The position numbers and the translations under genes are program-made. The notes under the pieces were generated by a model that made no database searches, was not told where the DNA came from, and saw nothing but the letters and a program-made list of their open reading frames with translations. 33,372 nucleotides of DNA from Octopus bimaculoides (Eukaryota), in contig NC_068981.1 in the NCBI RefSeq assembly GCF_001194135.2, forward strand, positions 116,472,603-116,505,974, read 5' to 3'. Shown here in pieces: positions 1-11,702 of the stretch; the first letter of the stretch is position 1, and every line of letters begins with the position of its first letter.

Positions 1-1226
1 ACAGTAAATGGTTATTCATAGTTTTCATTAATCAGAATAATATATCAGTATTGTTTTACATATGCTAAGTTTGAAATACTTGAGATACCAATATTTGCTT
101 AATTAATATGTGAATAAATAAAGGCTAATTATAAATTAATAATGAAATAAAATGAAATATTGTATAGTAATGTAAATAATCAATTAAGGCAGTATACAAC
201 AACAATGAGGTGGTATTAATTTAAAATGCTATGGTAAAGTACATTTGAACTTATTTACACCAATATAAGGAACCACAGATATGTGAAGTTAAAATTATTT
301 TTATATATATTGGACTAAAATTTTAAAATTAGACTTATATATCTAATATTTAATAGACACAGAGATAATTGATACATAGGATTTACATGATATATAATGA
401 TGGACTCATCAAGGTTTAAGAAACTGATAAAATGAACGATTGGAATTAACATAGAATATGGTGGTGAGCTAAACTATTAATAGAGAACATGATAATTATG
501 TACTAATTTAATTAGATTGCACTATCTTAAATTGTCAGGAACTTGTATTAACTAACGTAGGCTAAGTACAAAATAATAACGGAACAAGGATTAGATTTAT
601 TTAAGTAACTCATAAAATAACAATGATAATACTACAACAACAATGGATTAACATGAACCCTTTAGGGTCAGGCATCAAATAAAATTTCAAAATTATTAAA
701 AAATTTCCCACAACCTATTCATTAAAGTTAAGTATAATACACACTAAACTAACAGCACTAGCAAATGTGATATGGAAAAAATTTAAGTAAAACCATATAC
801 CATCAATGGATAAAGTTAAAATTTTAGTTTTTACAGGAAGATTATACATAATGTTGATGAGAGATCAAAAATTTGCTATAAAACTTTAATTTCAATTTGA
901 ATATGTGATTTAGTAATCACAATAAATATATCCAATATCTAAAATCGAAAATATTCAAAATTTACTTGATTAGCTTATCTCTATAGTAACTACAATCCAA
1001 TCTTGACCAAGGGAAAGTTAATTTTATAGCTGATAATAAGTGATGAGTTGAAAGACAAGAAATAACCATGAATCTTAAGTTTCTATTAAAAAAATAATTA
1101 AAATCATATATGTTAAGTAAATAGATCAGATCACTAGTATAAAAATTTAGAATTATTATTAAGCGTATAGAAGTAGACTAAGAAAGTGTTAAGAGAATAT
1201 CTAAGAGTTATAAAGAATAATAAAAA

Positions 1227-1713
1227 CTAGCGGGACCCCTGAACAGTTCAAAGAATTAATAGTAAGCTGATTGAGTTGTTTCTGAAAACTTTATCAAAAT
1301 ACTGAAGGCGTAGCCTGTATTATGCCTGTAACATCTGCTATTCGGTGAACAATTAAAGAAATTGGAATACGAGGATTACTTTATGCACTTTATATATACA
1401 CTTTATATATTTTATGCACAATTTTATAGACTTAATACTCAGCACTCCCATCTGTTTATCTCTCACTCCTTGCCTTACCCCCTTCTTCTCTCTCCCTGGT
1501 TTTCTCTCGATCTTTACGTTTGCCTTCAACTAATCACAAGAAAGTGTTACAGACGGGCTAAGTAACGGAGCAAAAACATCGAGTTAAAAAGAAATTACAC
1601 ATTTCACACACCACTTCTTCTCCCTCTCCTCTCCCTCTCGCTCCTTCAACTAATCACATGAAAGTGTTTTGAACGGGTTAAATAACGGAGAAACAAACAT
1701 AATTATTATAAGA
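1227..1713 (-). mobile_element. Non-autonomous Helitron-like element (~490 bp)
   Basis: On the minus strand it starts A|TCTTATAATAA at 1713 and ends ...GGGGTCCCG-CTAG|T at 1227: 5'-TC...CTAG-3' between A and T. A small palindrome TGAACAGTTCA (1240-1250) lies 9 nt from the CTAG. The AT-rich flanks on both sides look alike. No coding capacity. Confidence 0.55.
1523..1700. repeat. Diverged ~57-bp direct repeat, 120-bp period
   Basis: 1523-1579 CCTTCAACTAATCACAAGAAAGTGTTACAGACGGGCTAAGTAACGGAGCAAAAACAT vs 1643-1700 CCTTCAACTAATCACATGAAAGTGTTTTGAACGGGTTAAATAACGGAGAAACAAACAT; each copy is preceded by a CT-rich tract. Confidence 0.85.
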
Positions 1714-2359
1714 TTATTAGAGAATTTATAGTATTATAACGAATTAAATAGAGCTATAAAGATCATAACTAGGGAACATTAAACAAAAATTATAAAGTTA
1801 TCTAACTAAAATCCATGTATCTTATTACTAACCATTAAAGTCTATATTGTAATACTTAGCAATTGGAGAAGACTTTATTCAATCGGTTTTAAGTATAAGA
1901 AATTTCAAAGGGATAGATTGCGACAATATATCCGTAATGCATCCGCTATATTAATAACATCATCCGTACATTTTAAGATCTTCAATAACTCGAAAAGCTA
2001 AACACTGCAATCATATGTGTGACTTAATGCATCTAGCAATGTTGCATGTGAGGTGAAAATGGATGATATTTTACATCTTGATTTTAAAATGGAAGAAATC
2101 GAACCTGCGCAACTGAAAGTGTGTAGATTACATTTATATACAAAGTTTTGGAGAGGCATCTACGTTGCAGGCATTCAAATTTCTTCTTGAAATATCAGAA
2201 TCTTGTTATGGTGGCGATGAAAATATTGTGGGCTACATAACTCATATTAAGCGATACACAGTCATAATCAGTAGAATTGTATATTACTGTTTATTGCTGC
2301 CATTACAAAAATCAGTCAGTCTCCCAACTGTTCCATAATGATTGCACTCGTTATCATTA

Positions 2360-2449
2360 TCTTCTTCTTCTTCTTCTTCTTCTTCTTCTTCTTCTTCTTC
2401 TTCTTCTTCTTCTTCTTCTTCTTCTTCTTCTTCTTCTTCTTCTTCTTCT
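2360..2449. repeat. (TTC)n microsatellite
   Basis: About 30 perfect TTC units; source of the poly-L, poly-S and poly-E ORFs in the track. Confidence 0.98.
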
Positions 2450-2629
2450 ACTACAGTTGTTGCTATTAGCATGACAATTACACCTGCATTTTTATTGTTT
2501 TTGCAGTTGTTATATACATTTCTTAAATGTTGGTAATCCTTATTCCAAATTTCACTTGTTGATGAACAGTTGATTCATCAGCATGCCATTCACTACTTCC
2601 TGGTACATTTTGTACCTTTTGTACCCACA

Positions 2630-2630
<1 letters not shown>

Positions 2631-2661
<31 letters not shown>

Positions 2662-2710
2662 CCTCTATCTATCTATCTATCTATCTATTTATTTATTTAT
2701 CTATCTATCT
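2631..2710. repeat. (ATCT)n microsatellite
   Basis: Near-perfect ATCT units. Confidence 0.95.
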
Positions 2711-2777
2711 AAACTAATATGTACATATGTACGTATCTATGTATTTACATAGCAAGTTAGCGAGCTAGCTAGTTAAA

Positions 2778-3160
2778 TTTTATCTTTTACTTACTACATC
2801 GTGGCCACGCTTGAAGTGTCTAGTCGAACAAATCGATCCCAGTACCTGTTTTGTTAAGTCTGGAACTATCATTTATTTTATTTTTATTTACCGAACTGCT
2901 AAGTACGGTCGTCATGTGGTGCCGTTGGGTAAACCCGTGCACATTTTGCACATGCATAGGCACGCGTACATCTCCCTCTCTCTCTGTATATATACATACA
3001 TACACATATATAAATATATACATATATGTTTATATATATATATATATATGAATATATGTGTATATATAAACATAAATGTATATATCTACATATATATATA
3101 TATATATGTTTGTATGTATATATACATATATATAAACATATATGTATGTATGTACATATT

Positions 3161-3210
<50 letters not shown>

Positions 3211-3368
3211 TGTGTACAACGGGCTTCTTCCACATTTCGTGTATGAAATCCACTAACAAAGTTTGGGTCGACCCGAGGCTATGGCAGAAGATGCGTTGTC
3301 ACACAGTCGGACTAAACCCAGAAACATGTGGTTGGAAAGCAAACTTCTCACGGCACAGACACGCTTGT
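2778..3368 (-). mobile_element. tRNA-type SINE (CORE-like family) with expanded internal (TA)/(TACA) microsatellite
   Basis: The reverse complement is colinear with the plus-strand copy at 26703-27062: head and middle (ACATGT...TCTTCTGCCATAGCCTCGGGTCGACCCAAAC...GAAGAAGCCCG), internal microsatellite ~2975-3215, then 3' part (...GATCGATTTGTTCGACTAGACACTTCAAG...GTAAAAGATAAAA). Confidence 0.7.
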
Positions 3369-3709
3369 GTATTATGTGCAAATGACATACGTGAAGAAGA
3401 ACACCCATACTGAAACACTTGCATTGAGTAATAAAATGCGCCATCGCTTAACATTGTGTATGGTATGTTTGGATTATAGATCTGTGTTGACGTTGCGACT
3501 ATAAAAGAGAATAACGTATGCCACTACATAATGCCAGATTTCAAGAAGGAAGAAATGTAAAAACTTGTGTATTCATTTATACATATTTATACACGTTTAA
3601 GTGATTTAGTATATATACATATATATTACACACGCATACACACACACCTCACATATGGGCGCGCGCAAGAGACCAAACACGTGCATATATTTAAACATAT
3701 ATGTGTCAG

Positions 3710-3783
3710 CACGTGTGTGTGTGAGTGTGTTTGTGCATGTGTGTGTGTTTGTATTTGTGTGTGTGTGTGTTTGTGTGTGTGTA

Positions 3784-3827
<44 letters not shown>

Positions 3828-3845
3828 TGTGTGTGTGCATGTGTG
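3710..3845. repeat. (GT)n microsatellite
   Basis: Degenerate to perfect GT units. Confidence 0.95.
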
Positions 3846-4054
3846 TATGTATACATGCGCCCGAAATAAAATAAGTGTTTCCCCCTTTTCTATACTAAAT
3901 ATTTTCTTTTTGTTTGAAATAGTAGTAATTAAAAAATTGAAATGGAAAATAAATAAATAACGCAATCTTATAAAGGAAAAGAAAATAGAAGAGATTTTCT
4001 TTTGTTTGTGAATTACTGAAAAAACTGTCTGGCTTGTTCAAGTATTTCTAACAT

Positions 4055-4115
4055 ATGTCGGCAAGTCTAGTAGGAATAGGTATGTTGTTGGGGTGTGGCT
4101 CCTGGATCTCTCTCG
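4055..4115 (+). CDS. Candidate first coding exon, signal-peptide-like (MSASLVGIGMLLGCGSWISL, phase 1)
   Basis: ATG at 4055 just after an in-frame TAA (4049-4051); 20 mostly hydrophobic/small codons; consensus donor CG|GTGAGT at 4116. Confidence 0.4.
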
Positions 4116-4302
4116 GTGAGTATATCAACAGCAGTAGCTGGAACCATTTAATATTCATATACACGCATACTCTATCTTCCTGTTCAAATTATAATTAACC
4201 TTGGTGAGGAATATAAAGATAAGCCATAGACCATAATGCTGGTTGTAAGGACGTATGATTTATATAGATAATATACATAAGTTATTTTATTAACGTTTTA
4301 AT

Positions 4303-4983
4303 ATTATCAACTAAAATTAGGTGCGTAGCTGGTAGAATTGTGGGCAAAATGCTTCCGTCTTTTACGCTCTGAGTTCAAATTCTGCCGAGGTCGACTTACC
4401 CTTTCATCTGTTAGGGATCGACAAAAGAAGTATCAGTTGAGGTCGATGTAATCTACTAGTCCCTCCCACCAAAATTTTAGGCCTTGTGCTATGAATAGAA
4501 ATAATCATTATCAACTGAAATAAGGCGGTGAACTGGCAGAATCATTACTGCGTCGGACAATATGATTAGTGGCTTTTTGTCCCTCTTTACGTTCTAAATT
4601 CAAATTTCACCGAGGTCGACTTTGCATCTCATCCTTTCGGAGACGAGAAATAAGTGCGACTTGAGTACTGGTCGATGTTATCGACTCACCTTCTTCCCTG
4701 AAATTGCTGGTCTTGTGCCAAAATTTAGAATCAGTATTATCAACTAAAGTGAAGGTGGCGAACTGGCAACATCGTCAGCATACTAAGCATAATGTTTGAC
4801 GTCATTTTGCCCATCTTAATGTTCTGAGTTCAAATTCCGTCAGGGTCGACTTTGTCTTTCAGCCTTCCAGGCTTGATAAAATAATTACTTATTAAGGATT
4901 GGATGTGATCTAATCGACCTATCTCTCCTCCGAAATTGTTGGCCTTGCTCCAAATCTTGAACGCAATATTATTAACTGAAATG
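4303..4983 (+). mobile_element. Head-to-tail array of three tRNA-type SINE copies (~4319-4506, 4524-4735, 4754-4967)
   Basis: Each unit has an A-box-like TGGCAGAATC variant, a B-box-like GAGTTCAAAT(T)C variant, a body like GTCGACTTTG..TTTCATCCTTTC..., and a GGCCTTGTGCC...GAA tail. Four copies of ATTATYAACTRAAA(G/T) at 4303, 4507, 4736 and 4968 bound the units. Confidence 0.85.
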
Positions 4984-5308
4984 TTTGATGGACAAAATAT
5001 AACAGAATATTCTATAAAAAGTAATAAATCCAAGTTACATTTCTATGAAAATTTTAGATCAATATTTTATTTCAATATTGAAAATGTGGGTTTGCATAAT
5101 CTAAAGGTTTCTGACAAAAAGTAGAGTTTTCAGTTATTTCGTCCCTTGAAGTTGAGTATTCGAAACAAGCTGAATTTATTGTTCTTTTTTGTGCCGTATT
5201 CGATAAGATAAGTAGGAGTCACATATAGAATTGAAGATATCGATTGACACTCAAGCATGTTCCTATATTTGAAACGTTATTATATTTCAATACTTCACTC
5301 AAGTTTAA

Positions 5309-5505
5309 AGCGGTGAGCAGGCAGAAACGTTAGCATGTCTGGCTAAATTGCGTAGAGTTATTTCGCTCGTCATTACTTTCTGAGTTCAAGTTCAGCTGAG
5401 GATTTGATTTTGCCTTTCACCTTTTTGGGGTCGTAAGCATTGCTGTCAAAGTAATCGACGAGCCACTTCCTTGCTGGACTTGTGCCTAAATTAGAAACTA
5501 ATATT
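5309..5505 (+). mobile_element. tRNA-type SINE, same family as the array
   Basis: GCGGTGAGCAGGCAGAAACGTTAGC...CTGAGTTCAAGTTC...TTTGCCTTTCACCTTTTGGGGTCG...CTTGTGCCTAAATTAGAAAC. Confidence 0.8.
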
Positions 5506-6602
5506 TCTATCAAGTATATTTCATTTCAGTTTCAATACTTGCCTTTCTGTGTTCTGCCCAAGACATCAACGTTTTCCCTGCTAAAAGAAGTGTGTGTGTT
5601 TATAGTTCTCTCCCCGCTTGCAATATATATCAAATGCAGAGTGCACAGCATAACCGGCTTGAGGAGATGCCCTCTTGCAGTATTGTCGATTCCTAGGTAC
5701 AGCCGTGTTTAGATGGCGTAAAAACACTACTTGTCAGGATGAATAAATTAACTATCGTTGTTTTTTTTTAATTTTTACAATAAACAGCATATTGAGTGGC
5801 ATACAAGATTGTTTTTTAGTTGTAAGTTATAGCTGAACAAAAGAACTTATTAAATGCATTCTAGCTGTAGCGATCTCCACATTTTCCGATGCCCAGAAGA
5901 CCTTAGTAGGCATTATACAATATGCACTTTTCTATAACCTGCTATTTTGAAAATCTTAAGCGGCTATATAAAAAATTCCCTTGGTGGAGAATGACATGGC
6001 ATGACAGGTGCTTCGATTATTCTGCTGTAGCTAACACTGCTAACGATACAATCAACTACCACACAACACGGATATTTGTAAACTGTATCAAAGTTAGAAA
6101 TCCTTAATAAAAATCCCATTCAAAATTAATGGAACGGTAAAAGCGGTAAGGCACAAAATATAACTACCTAATTCTATATATATCACTCATTTTGGTTTTT
6201 GTTTTGTTCATGTCCTAAGGCGGCCGATTTGGCGTTCATTCATCTGGAAATGAGGGTTAAGCGTGTGCTTGCGAGTACATATCATCGACAAGATGAAAGG
6301 GAGCCGAAATGCATCGGGACAATTGTCTCCCTTTGATATATATATATTGTGTTTTCAACACAGTACTTCTATAAGAGATTTTAACTCAGAAGAAAACTGC
6401 AGTATCCTTTCTGTCAACGGTGTATATGCATTAAATATGATACATAGTTGACTATTTAAATTTAACACTGCATCAATTGCATTTGCCGCATTTCATTGTA
6501 ACTTAGTGCCTATTGAAATATCAGTGAATGTATTATTCTGAATAGGGTATTGTTATAGTTATGGTAGTGGTATTTCTTACTTTTATATGGATTGTGTTTC
6601 AG

Positions 6603-6613
6603 CTTCCGAGGAA
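6603..6613 (+). CDS. Candidate 11-nt micro-exon (A-S-E-E; phase 1 to 0)
   Basis: Acceptor TTGTGTTTCAG| and donor GAA|GTAAGG around CTTCCGAGGAA; phase-compatible with 4055-4115 and 7415-7453. Confidence 0.4.
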
Positions 6614-6816
6614 GTAAGGCTAAATAATTTTTAATCTCTCTTCACTTAAAGAAACATTACATTTGTAATGCAGTTTTCGGATATATATATTTATACAAAC
6701 ACACATACACAAATACGTATACATACATGCATACATACATGCATACATACACACAAACATAATACATACATACATGTATGTATGTATATGTACATATATA
6801 TATATATATATATATA

Positions 6817-6996
6817 NNNNNNNNNNNNNNNNNNNNNNNNNNNNNNNNNNNNNNNNNNNNNNNNNNNNNNNNNNNNNNNNNNNNNNNNNNNNNNNNNNNN
6901 NNNNNNNNNNNNNNNNNNNNNNNNNNNNNNNNNNNNNNNNNNNNNNNNNNNNNNNNNNNNNNNNNNNNNNNNNNNNNNNNNNNNNNNNNNNNNNNN
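6817..6996. other. Assembly gap (N). Other gaps: 8904-9025, 14870-14976, 17494-17607, 18891-19428, 24660-25538, 32352-32622
   Basis: Runs of N, most flanked by (TA)n or (GT)n, typical of short-read breaks in microsatellites. Exons could be hidden in them. Confidence 0.99.
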
Positions 6997-7414
6997 ATAT
7001 ATATGTATGTGAGTATGTATGTGTGTGTATGAATTCACTCACCTGTGTATTTATGTATACATATTTAATATGCTGTATTGTGTCCCAAGCAATGTTTGTA
7101 AATATTTACATATTTCTTTCAGTCACTCCGAAATGTTCTTTCAAAATCTACAATAAAACAATTAATTACCAAAAATCAACTTAAATAAATCCTGCTCTTT
7201 ATTATCCTGTTACTAAAATGATAAATCATATATTTGTAGACTGAAAAATTCGGCTAGGCTCCAGTTAAACTACATTACCCGTGTTAAAATGTTGAACAAA
7301 AGAAATTATTCAACATTTTATCTTGAGCCGCGTGTCTTAAGTCTCGTGCGAATCTTAAGTAATTATGTCTTATTATTTTTTTATCATATTTTTTAATGTA
7401 ATGTGGTACTTCAG

Positions 7415-7453
7415 ACGGAAAACCAAGAAGCCAGATTTAATCTTGTTACCCAA
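7415..7453 (+). CDS. Candidate 39-nt exon (TENQEARFNLVTQ in phase 0; RKTKKPDLILLP in the alternative frame)
   Basis: T-rich upstream sequence, acceptor GTACTTCAG| and donor CAA|GTGAGA; length divisible by 3. Confidence 0.45.
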
Positions 7454-7629
7454 GTGAGAAAAACACGTTTACAGACGCATATTTACAAACGATTTTGGTC
7501 TCATAGACGTACATACATGCATAAATATATACGTATATGTGTGTGTACGTATATTTATATATGTATGTCTCTGTGTATATATGCATGTATATATATATGT
7601 GTGTGCGTGAATGTGTGTATATATATACA

Positions 7630-7724
<95 letters not shown>

Positions 7725-8521
7725 ACATACACACACACTCACATATATATAAATATATACGCATACACACACGCACTCACAAATATGTGCGTGATGTGTA
7801 TAGACTTCTGTATGTGCTTATATACAGGAGTAAATACGCATGTGTGTATATGTGTGTTTGTTTACGTGTGTGAGTGAATGAGTGCAATTAGAAGAAAATG
7901 GAAGTGTAAATGTTGTGGGAAACAGAAAAAGAAAACGAAATATGTATTTCTTTGCGTCATATAGCAAACAATTATAAACATTAAAGAACAAACAGGCATG
8001 ATTTGTCGAGAGAAATTATGTTTAATACGACAAGAAAAAAGGCCAAATGCTGAATAATAAAAAGAAACAACACAAAATGGCAATGTATATAGGGGGAAAA
8101 TATCTTACTTATCTATTAAGAATCATTGTTGTTTGAGATGTTGCCAACTGGGCATGTATAGGAGCGTCTGTAAGTGGTAATGAAAAGGTAATCTAGAATT
8201 TTCTCCGCTTATTGAAAGAGAAACAGATCTAGAAATCTAAAATGCGAAACAAAGAGTCAGCACCCATGCAAGAAAAATGAGAATAAAGAAAGAAATAGGG
8301 TGAATAAGTGTAAATTGCGGGCGTAAATACGTGGACGGTGGCTCCACCTAGTGAGATAAATTTCGATGATAGAATAGACTTGTGAAGATGAGAGAAATTC
8401 AGCGGCAATCTGTCAGTCAACCTTGTTGAGGTTTATCTAAGCAACAGTGTATATAATTCGTACATATTTGATCCGCCAACTCTTTGTTCATTATGTTCTT
8501 GTTTTACGGTTTAATCTTCAG

Positions 8522-8566
8522 TTTCATGTCGCCCAGAGATTTACTCTTAGAAATACAGAAATACGC
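8522..8566 (+). CDS. Candidate 45-nt exon (FHVAQRFTLRNTEIR in phase 0; FMSPRDLLLEIQKY in the alternative frame)
   Basis: Strong acceptor TTCTTGTTTTACGGTTTAATCTTCAG| and consensus donor CGC|GTAAGT. Confidence 0.55.
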
Positions 8567-8724
8567 GTAAGTATGAATATAGAAACAAACACGTATTCTC
8601 ATATGATTATGCCTCTTTGCGTGAATTGGCAGATCTCTTTTTTTCTTTCTTTCTTAATGTCTGTCTGTCTGTCTCTCACTCTCTCTCTCTGTCCATCTAT
8701 CTGTCTGTTTGTCAGTCCGTCTTT

Positions 8725-8903
8725 CTATGTATGTATGTATGTATGTATGTATGTATGTATGTATGAATGTATGTATGTATATATGTATGTATGTATGTGT
8801 GTATGCGTGTATACATGTGTGTATGTATGTATGTATGTATGTATGTATATATGTATGTATGTGTGTATGCATGTATATATGTATGTGTGTATATATGTGT
8901 GTA
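8725..8903. repeat. (ATGT)n microsatellite
   Basis: ATGT units running into an N gap. Confidence 0.95.
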
Positions 8904-9187
8904 NNNNNNNNNNNNNNNNNNNNNNNNNNNNNNNNNNNNNNNNNNNNNNNNNNNNNNNNNNNNNNNNNNNNNNNNNNNNNNNNNNNNNNNNNNNNNNNNN
9001 NNNNNNNNNNNNNNNNNNNNNNNNNTGAATGTATTCAGTTTTATATCAAGATTTCTTGCCAATAGAGAAACAGCCAGTTTCTAATCTAGATCCAATGGTC
9101 TTTCATTGGAATTTCAATAACATCAACAGTGTATTTTTGTATGTATGTATACGTGTACATTCGTATGTTTGGTTTTATGTATGTATG

Positions 9188-9189
<2 letters not shown>

Positions 9190-9257
<68 letters not shown>

Positions 9258-9260
9258 GCT
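9190..9260. repeat. (ATCT)n microsatellite
   Basis: Perfect ATCT units followed by AGCT units. Confidence 0.95.
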
Positions 9261-9604
9261 AGCTATCTAGCTAGCTAGCTAGCTATATATATTTTTATAT
9301 ACACACATATACACATGTATATATATATATATATATGCATATATCTATGTATGTATTATTCTATGCTTATACATACATACGTACATATATATATATATAT
9401 ATATATACATACACACATACACACACACACATATATATATACTCTTGCCTCATATAAATATATATATATGGGAGGAGGGTATAAAAGAGGGGCAGGCTCG
9501 TGAGTGATTAGCATCACTTTCTTCAGAAATGTTGAAGTGGAATATGCATATACATACATATATATACACATACATACATATATGTACATACATACATATG
9601 TGTG

Positions 9605-9605
9605 A

Positions 9606-9662
<57 letters not shown>
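9605..9662. repeat. (GT)n microsatellite
   Basis: Perfect GT run. Confidence 0.95.
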
Positions 9663-9663
<1 letters not shown>

Positions 9664-9761
9664 ATCTATTTCTGTCCCAAATTTTAAGTTTGTCCTGTCT
9701 ACATTATATGTGTTTTTGTGTGTACACACAAACACACACATACGCACACACACAAACACAC

Positions 9762-9792
<31 letters not shown>

Positions 9793-11486
9793 CATACATA
9801 CCTATATATGGTCGCAGCCCTCGAGCTGAAACTGATGAAAGAGTGAAAATAAGAGTAAATAGTATGTATACGTTTGTATATCTTGATATGCGTGTGTGTG
9901 CTTTTCTGCGTTGGTATATGTTTTTCTGTCCCAAATTTTGACAGCAATGTCTTGGAGATTGAACGTCACGATCATCAACGCAATCCTAATTCGCTGATGC
10001 AAAAGATAAGCCACCGACATGTCACATGCAATATGAAATCAACTATTGGTTTGTCACTTATATCGAAAGGAGATGATATAATTTTAGCTTAGTCTTTCAG
10101 CTCATCATTTGCATTGGTTCGTTTAGAATAATATATTTGTTAATCAAAGTAATTTTATGGCAGCCTTTCTCATAGACAGACAAGACTGTGTATGTAGACA
10201 CATGTGGTTTCTAGTTTCTAAATGTTCTTTAATATCCATGTATGATAGAGAGAACACTATACTATTCAAGCTGCACATTATATGACATATGACTGTCTTC
10301 TCTTTCGCCTCAAAAACTACCACCGAGCATCCTGAAGACAGCTGTCTCTAAATCCATAAATACGCACAAAGCATCAAACTAAAGTGAAATATTCGGAGAT
10401 TTTAAATTCTTGAAAGCGGGGAAGTGATGGACAGGTGAGGTGGGAAGAGGGACATTTAAGAAAAATTAAACTTTAAAGCAAAAGCATCACCAGATTTGTA
10501 ATCTCTGTATACTTCTACGTGGGTTAAATTTACAAAATATCGAAAAAAGTGAAAAATTAAGAAATTGGGGTCGGGAGGGAGTGGGGGAAATAAAATTTCG
10601 AAAGCGTGATTTTTGGGCGAAATCACATTCTACTATATCGAAAACAGAAATCTGAAAAAAATTTGAAAAAAAAAAAAAAAGATAGGAGTGGATATTGTGC
10701 ATATTTTTCCTTCGCCACTAACAAATATATGTTAAATAGCGAAAATATATGAACTAGCAAAAGTGAGAAACTATTTACCATTAACGAAGTTTTAACATAC
10801 GGTACCATCATTTTGACTTACGCTGAATCATTCTCATAGGATAAATGTGCAAATATCGAAACAACAATCAGCTGTCTCATAACATTACTTTCCACTTTCA
10901 GAACACTGGGTTAATTCTGGTGTTGTTTACCACCAAGTCACACATGGACGAATATAGAGTAACGGAACTGAGAATGAACTAATTCTCGAAAAGATTACAT
11001 CATCCAATATAGGTTTCATTGTATAAGACGGTAGGGATGCGTTTTCAGTGAAATTTGCTTAGTATATCCAGCAACTTGAGCACCAAAATGATGTCGCCTG
11101 ATTTAATTCGACAAAACGTTTGGTACTTAGATTTATAAGATAAGACAAAATCAGCTTCGAAGTTAATAGTTATGAGAAGCGGAAGTCCAGTAACTTCGAA
11201 GGATATGTCGCTGAGTGACTGAGGGAAAGCGATTTCGTTACACCTTCAACACTTTATAACGAACACATACACACATATGTATGTGTGTTGTGTTTGTGTG
11301 CATCTATGTGGGGGAGGGGGTGATCCAATTGTCTTATCAAACGACCTAACCTATAAATTATTTGTAGCTTTATGACTATTAAGGGATGTAATCACACCTG
11401 CTAGCAGTCTTAGCCCCTTCGCCAAACGGACACACACATACAAATACACACACACGCACATGCACACACGCACACACGCACAAACG

Positions 11487-11526
<40 letters not shown>

Positions 11527-11702
11527 CATATATATATACATACACACGCAAAGACACACGAAATAAGATAAATGTAGATACATTGTATAAATACTTATAT
11601 ATATTTATACAAAAATACTTATAAATATATTTATATATGAATTATTTACGTTTTTATGCGTGGGTACGCATGTACGTATACGTATATAGGTATATGTATG
11701 TA

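Noticed and set aside
4303-4983. CRISPR-like repeat-spacer look
   Set aside because: The spacers are homologous ~200-bp SINEs in eukaryotic DNA, and there are no cas genes.
5130-5280. Possible heavily degraded SINE body
   Set aside because: Only a short TCGATAAGATAAGTA-like match; too decayed to delimit.
7043-7147. Minus-strand 105-nt segment with strong acceptor and CAG|GTGAGT donor
   Set aside because: Stops in all three frames; could be a non-coding exon, but there is no independent support.
9945-10092. Plus-strand candidate exon (NVLEIERHDHQ...) after TTTTGACAG
   Set aside because: No good donor, and the TTTCTGTCCCAAATTTT motif recurs at ~9669, suggesting a repeat-derived sequence.
10480-11250. 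Repeat-like stretches (possible MITE and old SINE)
   Set aside because: No termini, TSD or second copy in the window to support a call.
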